DNA from: Marsupella aquatica
Lineage: Eukaryota; Plantae; Marchantiophyta
Assembly (NCBI GenBank): GCA_973895155.1
Contig: OZ316892.1
Location: forward strand, 17,350,357-17,414,356
Reading direction: 5' to 3'
DNA length: 64,000 bases
Below, one piece after another: positions 1 to 10,431 of the stretch. The notes under the pieces were generated by a model that saw only the letters and a program-made list of their open reading frames with translations, searched no databases and was not told the DNA's origin. Numbering within the stretch: the first letter of the stretch is position 1; the number at the start of each line of letters is the position of its first letter. Made by a program: the position numbers and the translations under genes.

Positions 1-879
1 TGAGAAATTGGAGGATTGTTGTTTGCTGCCGCAACCTGGATCTCTAGTTGACTGTGGAGGCCGAGAGGACTACTGCTTCCGCGAGATTGATTCTCTTTGA
101 GACAACTAGGAGGACTGCTATTGCCACGAGTTTGGAGGTCGGGAGGACTGCTATTGTCGCGAGTTTGAAGGACTGTTCGGAGGCCGGCCGGAAGGACTGC
201 GCAAGTTCAAGAGCCTGTCAAGACGTTCGCTACTGCTAGTCAACTTTGAGCAGTGAAGGTTAGTGGTCTGTTGCCTATCATTTTCATGCCCTTTGGACAT
301 TGCTCATCGTCCTGTTGTTGACTGTAAGACTAAACAATGTCATAGTACAGGTCAACATTATTGTCTGCAAGGGCTACATTTTAAATCTGGGTTGGCATCC
401 CCCACTCGCATCCGGAAGGACATTTGTCATCTTCATTTTCCCCACATTGTGTATTGCTTGCTATATTCTTGGTCACTAGTGCGGGCATCATCACGCAGCC
501 CCAGACCCTCACTGCTATAGAAGACACTATCTGTGGACTGTGCTTCATCTCTGGTTTCTTACTCAATTGTTTCTCTTGCTCTTTTGTTTCCAATGTCCTT
601 TTATTTGCTACTCAATTTGTTGAATCTTTTGTCCACTATTTATGGAAACGCTGTCAATAGTTGTGTAAACGCCATTTGCCACAGTCAATGTCTTGATGGA
701 GACAGAGTAGCCATTCAATATTCAGACTATCTATGGAATGTGCAGATTCAGTCGATCTTGGGTGCTGAGGAAGGAGTTTGGGCTCTGATCCGACTACAGA
801 AGTTGTTGGGAGGATCCAAGTAAGCTCCACACTGTTGCAGAGGACAACACGGCCTTATAGCTTTAGGGTTTATTGTCCC

Positions 880-1341
880 ATGGGTCGTAGAAATGAGTCT
901 ACACCAAAGCCCTGTTCAGTTTCAAAGCCAATTTTGAAGGGTGTGAATGCCTTCTTAGTTCCGCATGGATTTTCAAGAGCTCGTTTTGAAGTTTTGCGCA
1001 GAAAGCTAATTGAACGTCATGGTCAGCTTTGCCCTATTGCTTCCAGCAACACCACTCACATTGTTGCTGGTTCTTGGGGAGCACTCATGTCCAAGTGGAC
1101 ATGGTCTGATGTAAATTCCCTCATTCAAGAGCATGCATTGAAAGTTGTCTCATTTGAATGGATGTGCGAATCCCTCAAAGTAGGAGTCCTAGTAGACGAA
1201 GGCCCTTTCAACTTAATGTTGACTGAGGTAGAGTCTAAGGCAGACTGTACCAAGAGAGAAGTAGAAAAGATTAAACAAGATAAGGCAGCTGCAGTTTGGA
1301 GAAGTGTAAACTTGATCATGCCAAAACGTAGATGTGTGTAG
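880..1341 (+). CDS. BRCT-domain ORF (resembles the N-terminal BRCT of plant DNA polymerase lambda), probable transposon cargo; may splice to downstream exons
   Basis: LKGVNAFLV...RRKLIERHGQL...TTHIVA...KVVSFEWMCESLKVGVLVDEGPF fits the BRCT pattern (THxV, WxxxS). ATG at 880; polypyrimidine 3' splice site at ~1485-1501. Confidence 0.65.
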   Translation: MGRRNESTPKPCSVSKPILKGVNAFLVPHGFSRARFEVLRRKLIERHGQLCPIASSNTTHIVAGSWGALMSKWTWSDVNSLIQEHALKVVSFEWMCESLKVGVLVDEGPFNLMLTEVESKADCTKREVEKIKQDKAAAVWRSVNLIMPKRRCV

Positions 1342-2237
1342 CTTACTCTAAATGTAACCTCTGCTCTTGAAGCAATTTTATAAAGTGTTACTTGTCTGCT
1401 GCAATTCTTTGCATGTCTGCTGTTTGTGCTCTTCAAGCACTGTGTATAGGACTTTTGGTGTGTAGCTTTTTAAAACTTAGTTGCTTCTCTTTTTTTTGCA
1501 GGGACATTCTAGCACAAGGCAGAAATTGGGGAAGTTTAGGGTCTGAGCAAAGGTCGGCCCCTGTACCTTGTTTGTTGTGAACTTGTCATTTTGTTGGAGT
1601 GAGCACAATCTCAGTCTAGGTGCATTCCTAGGTGCATTGAAGATGGTTGTCACACGCAGTGCTCTATCTGAGTACCATCAGCAGAAGGGTGTGCGATTTC
1701 GTGTGAAGATGATCCACTCTGGGATCGTGCCTACAGACTGTGCTGTAAGCTGGGGCTATCCATCTGTGCCTGGCAACCATTACAACAGGCTGAGTACATC
1801 CCCACCAGTGCCAAATAGTATCCGTCTTGTTAAAGACGTAGATGGAGTGTTGGATGAGAGCTGTGTCTTATTGGAGGCTTGTCTCCATTGTCACACCCAA
1901 ACATGTCATCATTGTAGGGGAGGTGACTCAAACATAGTGCAGACTGAAGCACAGTACATGGCAAGAATGGCATGGGGCGGTTGCCTAGCGTGGAATACTT
2001 GTCATTTCATCAATGATTGTGTCTGTGGTGGGACACGTCCAGGTTCTGCCCATGATGGTGATGCACATTCAAGTTGCTGACTTCTAATTCTACATTGCTC
2101 ACATTGCAGGATGGATCAAAGGAGCCCACAGGGAAGTGATGCCCCTGGTGGAGGCTACTGGCTGTGATTGCTGGTGGACTGTTGCTCCTTCTGGTACATC
2201 ATATGCCTGCCCCTAATTTTTGAAGGTAATTTTGCAG

Positions 2238-2945
2238 ATCTTGTTCAGCATGGCACACATTGCTCGTCAGCTGCTGGATCCAAGATTTGGGCATAGGGAG
2301 CACCTCCGTATGGATCCCCCTTGTTGTTTTCACTATGACGAGGGAGGAACTGTTTTGTTTTGTGATGGCCCTTGTGGTCGCCATTTTCATTATGTAGTTG
2401 ATGGCCACAACCCTGATGAAGAAGATGGCCATGGACCTACATGTCAGCGGATTGTCATTTCCAGAGGTCATGATTGGGCTGTAGCTTGGCTTTGTGACCT
2501 CTGTCAGCAAAACAGAGGAAGATGTTTTGGTTGTGGACTCCTTGGTAGAACCTTGAGACCCACCATAGATGAGCCCCTTGTGATACAGTGTTCTCATGAT
2601 GACTGCTACTCATTTTACCATGTGGGCTGTCTCCGGACACTTCTGCGATTGGGGGAAATGCCTTTCACCCGCCATCCAGATAACCCTGATGCACATCCGG
2701 ATGCTCTTATATGCCCACGACATTACTGTGAGGTCTGTAAGGAGTATCGGGAGGGCATTTGGGATTTTGTCCAATGTCGTAGATGCCCTTGTGCATGGTG
2801 TCGTGATGAAGGACCAACAACAGACAGGCACTTGAGGAGAAGGGTGAGGGGCCGAGACACCTGGGACATTGGACAGTGGCGCATGATTTACTGTACTCGC
2901 CATGTCATCCCTGAGGGTTCTGATATCCCTAGTACCCATGACTAG
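2238..2945 (+). CDS. EDM2/NSD-type tandem PHD zinc-finger exon (chromatin-reader-like), probable transposon cargo
   Basis: DEGGTVLFCDGPCGRHFH...WLCDLC...CFGCGLLG...VIQC...CYSFYHVGC...ICPRHYCEVC...CRRCPCAW...MIYCTRH parallels the Arabidopsis EDM2 PHD region as I recall it (DNGGEILCCEGSCLRSFH...CGYFYHPHC...CPLHKCSVC...CRRCPKSY...LIYCQEH). Acceptor TTTTGCAG ends at 2237; the putative upstream exon (~2110-2193) has an in-frame TGA. Confidence 0.75.
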   Translation: MLFSMAHIARQLLDPRFGHREHLRMDPPCCFHYDEGGTVLFCDGPCGRHFHYVVDGHNPDEEDGHGPTCQRIVISRGHDWAVAWLCDLCQQNRGRCFGCGLLGRTLRPTIDEPLVIQCSHDDCYSFYHVGCLRTLLRLGEMPFTRHPDNPDAHPDALICPRHYCEVCKEYREGIWDFVQCRRCPCAWCRDEGPTTDRHLRRRVRGRDTWDIGQWRMIYCTRHVIPEGSDIPSTHD

Positions 2946-3029
2946 ACCAGCATGACTGCTATTGATTTCACCATCTTATAACTAGAACCTTTTTTGTACG
3001 GGACCCATAAGACAACCTAAATTATATGA

Positions 3030-3172
3030 ACTTAAGTATTTGGTTGAAGGCTATGCCTGGACTTAAGTATTTGGTTGCATGCTATCGACTTAAGTATTTC
3101 GATGAATGAAATGGACTTAAGTATTTGCTTGAACGGAATGGAATTTTGATGAATTGAAATGGACTTAAGTAA
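3030..3172. repeat. Five copies of ACTTAAGTA (palindromic core ACTTAAGT) between the PHD ORF and the transposase
   Basis: Cores start at 3030, 3061, 3088, 3115 and 3163. Confidence 0.85.
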
Positions 3173-3324
3173 GTCTCATTGACTACAATAGATTGAGTGT
3201 TCAGATGACATTGTGAATGGTTGATTTGAGTCCTGATCTTTTTCCATGTCTGTCCATTGTTGTATGACAGGTTCATCTACCTAATCCCTGTCCCTTACTT
3301 TCACAGCCTGTATAACTGTCCATC

Positions 3325-6300
3325 ATGGCACACCTAGGCATGAGCTCTGTCAGATTGGTAGAAAAGGGTGGGGAGGGAGGAAAGCCTGATACGCCAATTT
3401 GTGTCATGTCCTTCAAAGAAGGGCAGACTCTGGCAGATTTCCGTCTGAAATGTGTAGGAGCAGTAGAGTTTGACTTTGATTTTTGGGATGAGAGGTTGCC
3501 TGGTCGAGTCCGGCGCTTTTCAGAGAAGACTGTTGGGGTGACTGAACTTCAAGGGACAATTTACGTGATTGCACAGTTACCCTCAGTTGCCTTGCCTACT
3601 GAGAGGGTCACAATTGGTTTCTCTCATTCATCTGCTGCCACTGTGTCTAATTTGGCAGGCACAATTCCCTTGACTGAAGGACAAACAGAAGGGGTGCCAG
3701 TACAGGCTATTGTACTGCCTGTCACAGGCTCCTTTGAGTCTCACCTCATGTCTGAGGCTGCATCAAAGACCTGGAATGATGAGTGGTTGAAGCTACGATC
3801 CTGGGTAAACCAGAAGGGCTTCAGTGAGCACAAGTGGAGAGTGCGGATGTGGGATGAGGGAGGGGAGTGTCGAGGTCATCTAGAATGCTTAGAGTGTAGG
3901 GAGACTTATGGGAATGCAGCCAATTCACAGGTGCTCAAGTCCATCGCAAATTGCTTTAGCAATTTCAAGACAAAGCACCTGACCAACCCTAAACACAAGG
4001 AGAACTGGTGTAAGCGAAGGGGTATACCTGGAGCTTTGGTGATGGTTGCTGACACTATACAACAACTATTGTTTGATCATAGTATGCAAATAGGGGCTGG
4101 TGTGGAAATAGTGGGAAAGTTGAATGCAGAGGTAGGTGGGTGGTAGAAGTGTTCTCTATCACACCATCTCCCACTGATCCAACATTTGCACATAGGTCAT
4201 TCTTGTTTAAGGTCAGATGTACAGTCTGTGGCAAGCTACATACTGACATGTGCCCTAAGAAATCAAATTTGGAACACAATTTAAGGCAACACCTTGTTAG
4301 TCGGGATCATATGGATGCACTTGAGAACATTGTCACCAGTACCCAGGCTGCACTGAGGGCAGGGAAGAAGGGGAGACCAAGGAAGCCTGATGCTCGTGAT
4401 CTATTTCCATCTCAAAATTCTATTCTTAATTTCTTTAGAGAGGACAGCTCTGCTGCAGGGAGCAGTTCAGGCAGAGGTGGGTTGTATTCCTCCATTGAGC
4501 CAAGTTTAAGTTTGCTTTGTTGGGGCCTGTGGGAGTCAAAGGTGAAGTGGACAGGGGATTCTATGGCTGTGAAAGGCATACTTGATGATCAAGAGGGAGG
4601 AAATATGTGGGATTGTGACCATACAACCTGTGCTGAGGTTTTCAATGTAACTAGTCAGTCAGTTGTTGGTATACAGGGTTGTTTTAGGCACAAGCAATGT
4701 CACAGGGTGTCCATTAATGGAGGTGGTTTTCAAAACCTCACTTGCACTCTATGTGATTCTATAAAACGTGAAGATGATTTTCGTGGCAGGGTGCACAGGG
4801 AAGCGGAAGCATTAGTGCAGAGAGGAGACAGGACTACACAGGGTGGGATGAGGTTGGCATACTTGACCAAAACCAAACTGAGGGAACATGTTGGTAACCT
4901 CACCACTCGCTTTAGGAAACAACGTTGGCTGTTGGCACGACAGGCTCAAAAAATTTGTGCCCTGAGTGTTAGGCGAAAGAAGCTAGAAGATTTATTAGGA
5001 GTAGCCCATGATAGGAAAGATTTAAGACTGTTTCTGAGAAATATTGTGAATGCACATAGATGTGGTGCTTTTGGTGGCAAGGAAGGGTTGTGGGATTTCC
5101 TGACAGATGTAGCTAAGAACTTGCAGAGAGTTGCTAAGGGTTATCGATACAGTAAGAGAACCAAGGCCTTTTCCCAAGCCATGTTTCAGTTTGGAGGCAG
5201 ACAAGTGGCTCGTTGTTTCCAGGCTAACCTAGGTGGTCCAGGTCTAAAGACCTTGAAACGTGATAGAGCAAAACTCCCACCCTTTAGAACTGGCATTCGA
5301 AAAGAGATATTCCAGGAGGTGTGCAGAGTACTGTGTGCATCAAAGCAGTCACTTGGAATTGCAAGAGATGTACCAGTAATGTTTGTTGAGGATGAAACAA
5401 GGATCAAAGAGAGACCCAGGTTTGTGTTTTTGTCTCTGTAGTAAATTAGCTTGTTTTTTTGAATGTGTTGGGTGAGTTTGCGTGTCATGAACTGATGTCT
5501 ATATTCTATTGTGTGTGACAGATGGGAAGCTAAATATGACAACCTCATTGATTTCTGTGGCCCCTTAGAAGAGCACACATGTTCTTTTGGCTTGGAAGTA
5601 CTGGTGGAGCAGGTACAGAAGGATATGACAAGATTGTAAGTACTTTTGAGCAATATGCCAAAGGCATGTATGCTAGAGTAATCATTGTCAATCCTCTGCA
5701 TGCAAAGATGCCTAAATTGGCATTGTGTGTTCTACCAACATGTAACAAGTTTCGAGCTCCCTGGGTAAGAGAGCATTGGGTGCAGCTGAAGTCCATGTGG
5801 GACACACATTGCAGAGACAGTGTTGGTCCTTTGTTGGGCCATGCTAGTGATGGTGATGCTCGTCGTAGGAAATTGATGATGGAAGATTATACTCCTGTGA
5901 ATGGTTCCTTTCCTAGGTATAGTGTAGGATGGGTTGGGTGGCAATACTCAGTGTCCATACTTCCGAATGGAGATCTATATGGTTTTGGAGACCAAGACCC
6001 ACCTCACAATGGCAAGAAGGCAATTAACCCATTGGACCGAGTGTCTGCTATGTTAGTTCTTGGTGATCAGCATGCATCTTTGTCATATGTCACATCTGTT
6101 TATAACCATTATGCAATTCACAAGCATGGTTTGCATTGGGATGATGTGAATAGGACAGATAGACAAAACTGGGCTGGCCCACAACGAATAGCTTCCAGGA
6201 GAGTGCAGGCCTGCCTGCAGCATATGTATGAGCGACGAGATGTTCGTCATGACAGAAGCTTTGGGACCATGATATACTTGGAGGTTTGTGCAGACTACAT

Positions 6301-7921
6301 AGATATTTTCTTCTCTGTTAAGCATGACCTAAGAACCCGTGTTGTCTTGGCATCAAAGGTATCTTGGTTCTTCCGATTGTGGAGGCTATGGTTGAGGTAT
6401 GGTGATCATTCTGTGACATGGAATGCTGGATCTATCACAGAGAAGAACATGATTTTTGTGCAGGCTTTCCATGATATCAACATGTCTTGTCATTTTGTAG
6501 TATTGTTAGTCTGTGCCTTTCGGGACAAGTTCCCATATCTGCAAGCTAGTACCATTTCACTAGCTGGGATCAGATTGTTGTGAGATATTTTTTAGCAAGG
6601 TAGGTGGCATGAGTGGCCATGAGAGAAATTATGACTTTGGATCTCTACTGGACAGTGCAGTGGGACTGAATCGACTAGCTAGATTAGAGTATGGACCAGA
6701 GGGATTGAAGATACGTCGATCACATGATAAACAGGATCATGTTTGGGCAACTTTACATCCTCTGGATGAAGGAGAACAAGCTCCAAATTTATTTGATTAC
6801 TCTGCAGTTCTGACTAATGAGCTGGTTGTTGATGCTCTAAAGGAAGGTTTGCAGGAAGCAAAGGATTTGTTGTGCAAGCTGAACATGTCACCAAGAAGTT
6901 CTTTGCCAGCAGCAAAAAGACGATGGTGGGTTCATCCTTGGGAAGTGGAGGCAGAGACTTGGCCGGATACAAGTGTCATGAAAGAGGCTGTGTTATGTGA
7001 TGATGCTGAAGACACAGTTGAGCATCGATCTACTGTAGGCCCTAGACTTGAGCCCCCAATTGGAGAGTTTCTAGAGTTTGAAGATCCTGAAGAAGATCTC
7101 AATCGGATTGATTCATGGGACACTCTGGACAGTCAGGATTGTATTGAGCCACTAACAGTTGATGATTGTTCGATTGAGGTGGATACTAACCCATTTTGTG
7201 AGATGGAGACACTAGGACATGAAGTAAGGCATGTCTTGGCTGGAGTTCAAGCAGACTTAACTGATGTGCAGACACCCCGGTCAGTAGTGTCTACTGTAAC
7301 TTATGAGGGAAGGACTATCTACAAGTCCACTCTTGTGAGTCAATTGTGCTGCAATCCTTTCATGTCAAAGGATAGGCTAACTAGGATAGCCCAGAAGACC
7401 TATTACACTAATGGTAAGGAGAAAGAAAATGGTGACTCTGTGACTTGTTTGGTTGACATTGGTACTGATATAGCAGTTTTGTTTGAGTCTGCTGCAGAGG
7501 TTGGTCCTTCTACCAGATCATCCAAGTCAAAGAAGAGGAAGGGAATAGATAAAGGGCCTATTGTTGATGCAACATCTGCAAAGAAGGAATATTGGTTGGG
7601 TAGGATTGAGTTTATGATACAGAAGAATGGCTCCCATTGGGTCAGACGTCGGAAAGCAATAGATCTGTTGGACAAGCCTGTACCTGCAGTTGGACAGAGT
7701 GGAAGTGTGTGCCGCTTGCAGTGTAATTGGTACAAATCTACTGTAACAACAAAACTTTGTTCACTTATGATGCAACAGATGGACAATGGATTGATATTGA
7801 GATGGTAATTTCAAATGTGAACTTGACAATGAAGTCTGGGATAGTTGACAGAGTGTATGTACTAGATGCAAGTGACCTACAGGCTTTGACTACATACATT
7901 CAAAGTGTGAGTAAATTGTGA
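3325..7921 (+). pseudogene. P-element-like DDE transposase, disrupted (frameshifts near 4140, 5604, 6545 and 7745; stop at 6561; intron 5420-5521)
   Basis: Two N-terminal C2H2-like fingers (CLEC...KHLTNPKH; CTVC...QHLVSRDH). After splicing: VMFVEDETRIKERPR|WEAKYDNLIDFCG (D at 5391), GHASDGD (D at 5849), QDPPHNGKKAIN (DxxH 5996-6007), DRQNW, GTMIYLEVCADYIDIFFS and GSDCCEIFFSKVGG (E at 6582). The order and spacing match P-superfamily motifs (DEMxI, SDxG, DxxHxxKxxRN, SQDxxExxF). Confidence 0.75.
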
Positions 7922-8010
7922 TATATAATTTACTATTATTAATTAAAAGTAGTTTGTTATGTGTGTATGTGATGCATTTGTAGGGTTAGTGGGAGGGAGT
8001 AGAGTAGGGG

Positions 8011-8069
8011 ATGACGGATTGGCAAATTGAGATTTATGCTCAATCAGGGGTTCAATTCCCCTCCGTCAT
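8011..8069 (+). ncRNA. Putative D-armless tRNA-like (mascRNA-like) structure 3' of the transposase
   Basis: ATGACGG/CCGTCAT 7-bp acceptor-like stem, ATTGGCAA linker, ATTGAG/CTCAAT hairpin, AGGGG-TTCAATT-CCCCT T-arm containing a B-box. The fold is conserved in the second copy at 8961-9019. Expression is unknown. Confidence 0.55.
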
Positions 8070-8960
8070 GTGTACATCATCATGCATGAGTCTGTGAAGG
8101 AAGGTAGATGTGGACATCATCATGCGGGAGTTTGTGAAACAAGGTAGAGTACCGATGCCTTGAATAGGCAACCTATGTTGTTCGGTTACCTATTCATAGT
8201 ATCTGGCACCCACCATGCTTCACTATTCAAGAGTGAAAACTACAAGTTGTTGGATGATATTTACAAGATATTCAGCTTCATGATGTAAATTCATTGAATG
8301 TATCAATTTGCATCAATTGGCTCTACACTATTGAGGTACTTAACTTTCCTTAATAGACATTTTTTAAATCATCATAAAACTTTCCATAAAGTTTTATAGG
8401 GGTAAACAATTCAAAAAATGGTCGCTTTTCAGAAAGTAAGGGAGTGGGGAAAAAAAAAATTCACTTAAAAGTTAGGGGGTCCAGACCCTAAAATGTCGCA
8501 CGTGATGTAGAGCCCTACATACAGTGACCCCCCCGAGCTATATGGAGAACCCCCCATCACCTTTCATATCTAGACCCCCATACTTATTAAGTAAAAATAA
8601 TAATTCCCTCCCCCTTTCTTTCTTCTAATATTCTAAAATCCAATTTGTTTTGCCCCTAAAATTTGTTCAGTAAAGTCTCACATATCAATAAAAAATCCCT
8701 TGAAAGAAAAGTTAAGTGTATGCAAGTACCTTGTCAAGTTGTATGTCAAACATGGTGCCTTTTTCGACCTCAAACTTCTTTCATTTCAATGCATCATTTA
8801 TAGTGTGTACCTAATGGTTATCTCAATATAAACTTTGCGTACATAGGTGGGATAGCCTTTAAGGTCACAACATGAATAATCCATTCCATCAACAATCAAT
8901 TTGAAACCAATCTTACTCCATCCATACTCCATTGCAAACTTCTTTTGAGAGACGTAACAT

Positions 8961-9019
8961 GTGACAGAAGGGAATTGAACCCCTAATTGAGAAAAGATCT
9001 CAAGTTGTCAATCCATCAC
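8961..9019 (-). ncRNA. Second copy of the tRNA-like structure
   Basis: Minus strand reads GTGATGG ATTGACAA CTTGAGA TCTTT TCTCAAT T AGGGG TTCAATT CCCTT CTGTCAC. Same 59-nt length; stems are kept by an A-U to G-C swap and G-U pairs. Confidence 0.5.
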
Positions 9020-9109
9020 CCCTTATCCTATCCCACTACACCCAGTAATATAAATAGAACAACACATATATACTCTCAAAAACCAAATAGTAGCATGACA
9101 TTCATACCA

Positions 9110-10335
9110 TTGTTTGAAGATACTAATCCAATGCACGTCTATCTATTGGATCCAACACATAAATACTATCCACAACCCCTTCTTTCATGGTTAAGCTAAC
9201 ACTAGCAATGACCATCTCAATATCCATCCATTTCAAATCAGTGGTATCATATTTGAATCTACTCTTAGCAATAGTACTATACCAATTTAACAATGTTAGG
9301 TATTGCCTCTACCTTGTACTCGGCTAACTGCAATTAGCATTAGCTCTAGTTAGACACTAGCACAGTTTGTGAAGTGGCTCACTCGAGTGGGCATAATACC
9401 TTTGAGAGTTCCAGTGTGGAACTCATTCTACACAATGAAGTCTTTGGTGAAAGACCTAGAGAGGAGATATGCCTTAGAGCTCCGTGGAGGAGGCTATGGT
9501 GGACCATGTATGATTTGATCATTAATGATTTCCTTGACGATAGTGGACGTAGCCCATCTGAGTGAATCACTTATATGCTGTGTAGTCTCATGGTCGTGCA
9601 TGAGTTGTTGGCGTGCGCATTGTTAATGTGACTCTAGTGTCGATCTTGGTTGACATTTTTCCCAATAAACAAAGTTCATAGATGCTACTTGAGTGCCCTG
9701 TGAGTGGAGTTGGCCTATCCATCAAATCAATTGGTGAATGACAATTGCTCCATCTACTACCATACTTCTGTCTTATTTGGACAATACGACCCAACCAAAA
9801 ATATTTCTTATCTGCTAAGATTGCCTCCACAACAACCTTACTATTTCCTTTCCCTCCCTTCCCTTTTCCTGATCTAGTACTTGGAGTAGGATTATCATCA
9901 GACTCAAATGCAATTGCACAATCAGTGCCAACATCAACAAAACATGAGTTAGGATTGGCTTCTTGCACTTTTCTCTTGCGAGTACTATAGTATAACACTT
10001 GTTTCACCCTTGTCAGCCTATCTTTTGACAAATGTGGATTGCCTACCAGCTGGCTTACTAGAGTGGACTTATAAATCACCTTGCCTTCATAAATAACAGT
10101 CGACACTACCTTGGTACAGCATGGACAACTGATCCAAACACATGCATGCCAAACTTCGTGGCCTAATGTCTCAAGCTCGTCTGAGGGGTCTACACCAAAC
10201 TATAAGTCATCTCTGTGTTCATCATCTGAATGCATCTCAAGAACAACACGGGGAACAACAATGGGATCTATTCAGATCATCCTCAAAATCTTCCAACTCA
10301 TGAAAGTCTCCAGTTGGGTAAGGACCTATGGGATC
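9110..10335 (-). pseudogene. C-terminal remnant of a paralogous P-like transposase, split by a solo LTR
   Basis: GDFHELEDFEDDLNR, ETLGHEV, STVIYEGKVIYKSTLVSQLVGNPHLSKDRLTRVK, VDVGTDCAIAFES, FWLGRI and, past the LTR, NWYS...YDTTDLKWMDIEMVIASVSLTMK all align with the translation of 7060-7921. Confidence 0.85.
9294..9667. mobile_element. Solo LTR (374 bp)
   Basis: TGTTAGG...CCCAATA (terminal CA mutated to TA) with 5-bp TSD AACAA at 9289-9293 and 9668-9672; inverted homolog at 13798-14174. Confidence 0.85.
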
Positions 10336-10431
10336 TGGTGGTTGGTGCTCTACTTGCTAATAGTTATGCACTTGATCTCGGCTGAAACTTGAACTTCAAA
10401 CTCAGCTGCACTCAACTTGGCTTACTAGCTA

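Larger units (their letters stand above)
1..8537 (+). mobile_element. Large decayed DNA transposon with P-element-like DDE transposase; 5' end lies upstream of the window
   Basis: Contains a transposase pseudogene (3325-7921) and ends in AGTGACCCCCCCGAG (8523-8537). Its last ~80 bp align with one end of the nearby MITEs, which have CTCGGGGGT[C/T]TCACT TIRs and 8-bp TSDs. Inclusion of positions 1-3300 in the element is inferred because no 5' TIR is seen before the transposase. Confidence 0.75.

Noticed and set aside
3030-3172. CRISPR-like repeat-spacer pattern
   Set aside because: The repeat core is only 9-12 bp, spacers are partly homologous, the context is eukaryotic and there are no cas genes.
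8011-8069. Canonical tRNA gene
   Set aside because: No D arm, only 59 nt, and the anticodon-position loop differs in length and sequence between the two copies.
9374-9570. 63-aa ORFs conserved with 13898-14094
   Set aside because: They lie inside two copies of the same solo LTR; the similarity reflects repeat identity.
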